A stretch of 64,000 bases of DNA. Origin: Tubulanus polymorphus (lineage: Eukaryota; Animalia; Nemertea). The notes beneath the pieces were generated by a model that searched no databases, was not told the origin of the DNA, and saw only the letters and a list, made by a program, of their open reading frames with translations. The stretch is from positions 1 to 64,000 of the forward strand of contig NW_027437453.1 of the NCBI RefSeq assembly GCF_964204645.1, in the 5' to 3' direction. This document shows, piece after piece, positions 61,492 through 64,000 of this stretch. The number at the start of each line of letters is the position of its first letter. Position 1 is the stretch's first letter. A program made the translations under genes and the position numbers.

Positions 61492-64000
61492 GCATCACAC
61501 ACTCGACTTTTTGAAGAGAAATTGAGTTGTCTCAAATTCTCGATTTCTCAACTTCTGATAGAAAAATAAACAAAGTTGTGTCAAAATGCGCGCGAATATG
61601 CTGTATGTTGATTGGTTAGATTACTCTCGACTCCTCGACTTCGTTACGCCCGATTTTCCTCGAAACAACTCTCGTCTTGACTAGTCGAGAGAAATACTTC
61701 TATATTGGCTAGAGAAAAATCTAGCCAATCTGGCGCATTTTTAATAGTCTTCCTTTCTGGTAAGAGAAGGCAATATATTTCTACAATAAAAAGACTATAC
61801 CTTTGATAAAAATCGTATCGAATCAACTTCAGTGACTCTCAGATAGTTGATATAATGATACTCATTTCCTCTTTTAAAATTGATATCCGTAGTACTTGAT
61901 GACTGATTTCGTTTATCGACAATCATATCTTTGATTATGATTTCTTGTTCATCCATGTATGGGTCAATGCACTGCTGCATCAACGCTCAGCTGGTGTTGT
62001 GTGTGTGTGAACAAAAATTTAGACACAAATTTTATTTATTTTGCCAACCGGGTCAACAATAATTGAGAAATCGAGCTTCAAAAAGTTGTATGGTCGAACC
62101 ATCGTGTGCTTGCCGGCAGATACGCGTGTGACCTGAACCCGCTTCATCTGCCTCATGTTAGTGGAGATAATGTATTTATTCGTTTTAGAGTCCGTGATTT
62201 ATCTTAGCGACTTTTTGCATATAGCTATCTGTTTAAAAGCTAACGAACTTTTCCAAAGCGCGAATTTTCTATTTTTAGTTTATCCAGTCTAGTGGTCAAC
62301 ACAGGCCACGTGTGACCTAAAACCTTCAGCCGTTATCATAACAGACGCTCATTAGAAACTCTCAAATATACTGATCACCTCTCTCGCCCTGTAACCCTCT
62401 CTCCAGGCGTGGTTCCAATGAGAGAGTGCAGGCCGGGGGTCCCCTTCTAGACATTATTATCAAGTTGCGCTGAAATTTTACGAGTAAACGAGAAATATTG
62501 ATACCAAGAGAAGTTTAAATTCATAAGTATTTCTAAAGAAAACTGTTAATTTTTGTCTATTGGTTTTTTTTCGGGGTCCCCTTTTTATCACGATATGCCC
62601 TATTCTTGGGGGGGGGGGGGCATTCCTCACTGAATCAGAGCCAAGATCCGCCGTTGCCATCCGACGTTGGCGTCAAATTCCCAAGTAAAGGCTATTATTA
62701 CATCATTTTGTTAATCAATGATGTCTTGCTGTTTATCAAGTAATCAAACATTACTAAAGCGGATAACAGGCTCAGCGTAGCCTTTTATAGATGCAGCGTT
62801 TTAGTTACGATTCGCAATTATAGACGTGTAAATAGATACACGTTTTCACTCTAATCTCGGTTTAAGAAAATGCAATACACTAAGGTCGAAAAATAAACCG
62901 CAACGACAAAATCCAATCCAACTACGCGGCAATAACTAACGTGAGATAATGTTTATATCGATTGTATATTCAACATGAGATTGATTTTAAATTTTTACAG
63001 GTAATAAAAGTCCAATACGCCATGAAAAAAGTACTTCTGATGACACTTTTGAAACGAACGACATCTATACATTCAATGGTAAGGTTTCATTATTGACACC
63101 CAGAAGAACTCTCCGAGTAAGCATTTAATAAAAACATGAAAGGGGTGGAATTTTTCAAGCTACTTATTATAAACATTTATAACAAGTAGTTTGCTGGATC
63201 CATGAATTTTGATTGCGAATTATTTGTCTATATTACATTGCAAAAGTACGCTCAGAATGCACGTCATTGCCTACAGTAGACTCCGCCTATTCTCTGTTCT
63301 AATTCTATCGAATACCGACTCAAGAGTTCGGGGAATTTTTCGTTAACAGTAGATGTTTTGAAATGTTACTTCGTACTGGATCGGCCATCACATTACATTT
63401 TGGCTCAAAGGGAAGGTAGCTGAGTTGATCCGTCACGTTATGAGTTTATCCCCCACGTTACTACATTATACTTCAATTTTTGAGTTTATCCTTCACGTGA
63501 TGACCTAAACTTCTGTTTGGCGGGGATGGCCGCCCATAACCTATTGCTTTAATTTTCGCAAGGCCCTTTTTTAAAATGAATCCGCCCATAACATCAGCCC
63601 CGGGTTGTTCTATGTCGAAATAAATGCTGAAATTACATAGGTCAATAATCGCATGGAATGACATGCCGCGACTTGAATTATTATACAAATTATAAAAAAT
63701 GTCATTATTAATATAATCATTGAAATAAATTCTTAATTTGAAATGTATTGAGTTCATTATATGACTTAGAATACAGTAGAATGCTCTCTAGTAGTTGATT
63801 ATACTTTCCGACCTTAAGTGGTGGTAGACATGTGTCCAACTTGAGTGACGTCAAATTGAAATGTGATAAGATATCCAAGTTGATCATATCTGAATTGAGT
63901 GAAGCGTTACATTTTTATCAAATTCCATTCTTGTTTTGTTCTATATTTTCGAGCGACTTTTCGAGATCATATCGATCGATAATCTCCCTCTTTTTAAAAC

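Noticed and set aside
61450-62135. Possible Harbinger-like element with a transposase remnant
   Set aside because: Only short internal inverted repeats; termini and protein similarity too weak to call

Overview
AT-rich eukaryotic (probably invertebrate) genomic DNA dominated by nested mobile elements. The centrepiece is a complete 18.1-kb Polinton/Maverick-type endogenous virus (24088-42228). It has a 6-bp TSD (GTTGTG), ~463-bp TIRs and 16 genes, including pPolB, penton, MCP, A32-like ATPase, RVE integrase and an HNH nuclease. Three features are unusual. (i) Each end is itself a ~267-bp imperfect hairpin. (ii) 14 of 16 genes start at TAAATG, in two stereotyped upstream architectures resembling poxvirus late (T6-N7-TAAATG) and intermediate (A-run + 9 nt + TAAATG) promoters. 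(iii) It carries about 7 membrane-protein ORFs and no recognisable adenain protease. Together these suggest a membrane-associated Polinton lineage that may be transcribed by a pox-like helper virus (inference). The Polinton sits inside a non-autonomous long-TIR (MULE-like) element. That element's left end appears paired, through a 9-10-bp TSD, with a second right end 36 kb away, suggesting a composite macrotransposon that also carries a methyltransferase pseudogene and a BEL/Pao element. The left part of the window holds a Gypsy fragment, a relic Polinton terminus, a deleted BEL/Pao element, a spliced Sola-like transposase, a LINE fragment and a CACTA element with two alternatively spliced products. 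MITEs, tandem repeats and two probable host exons lie elsewhere.
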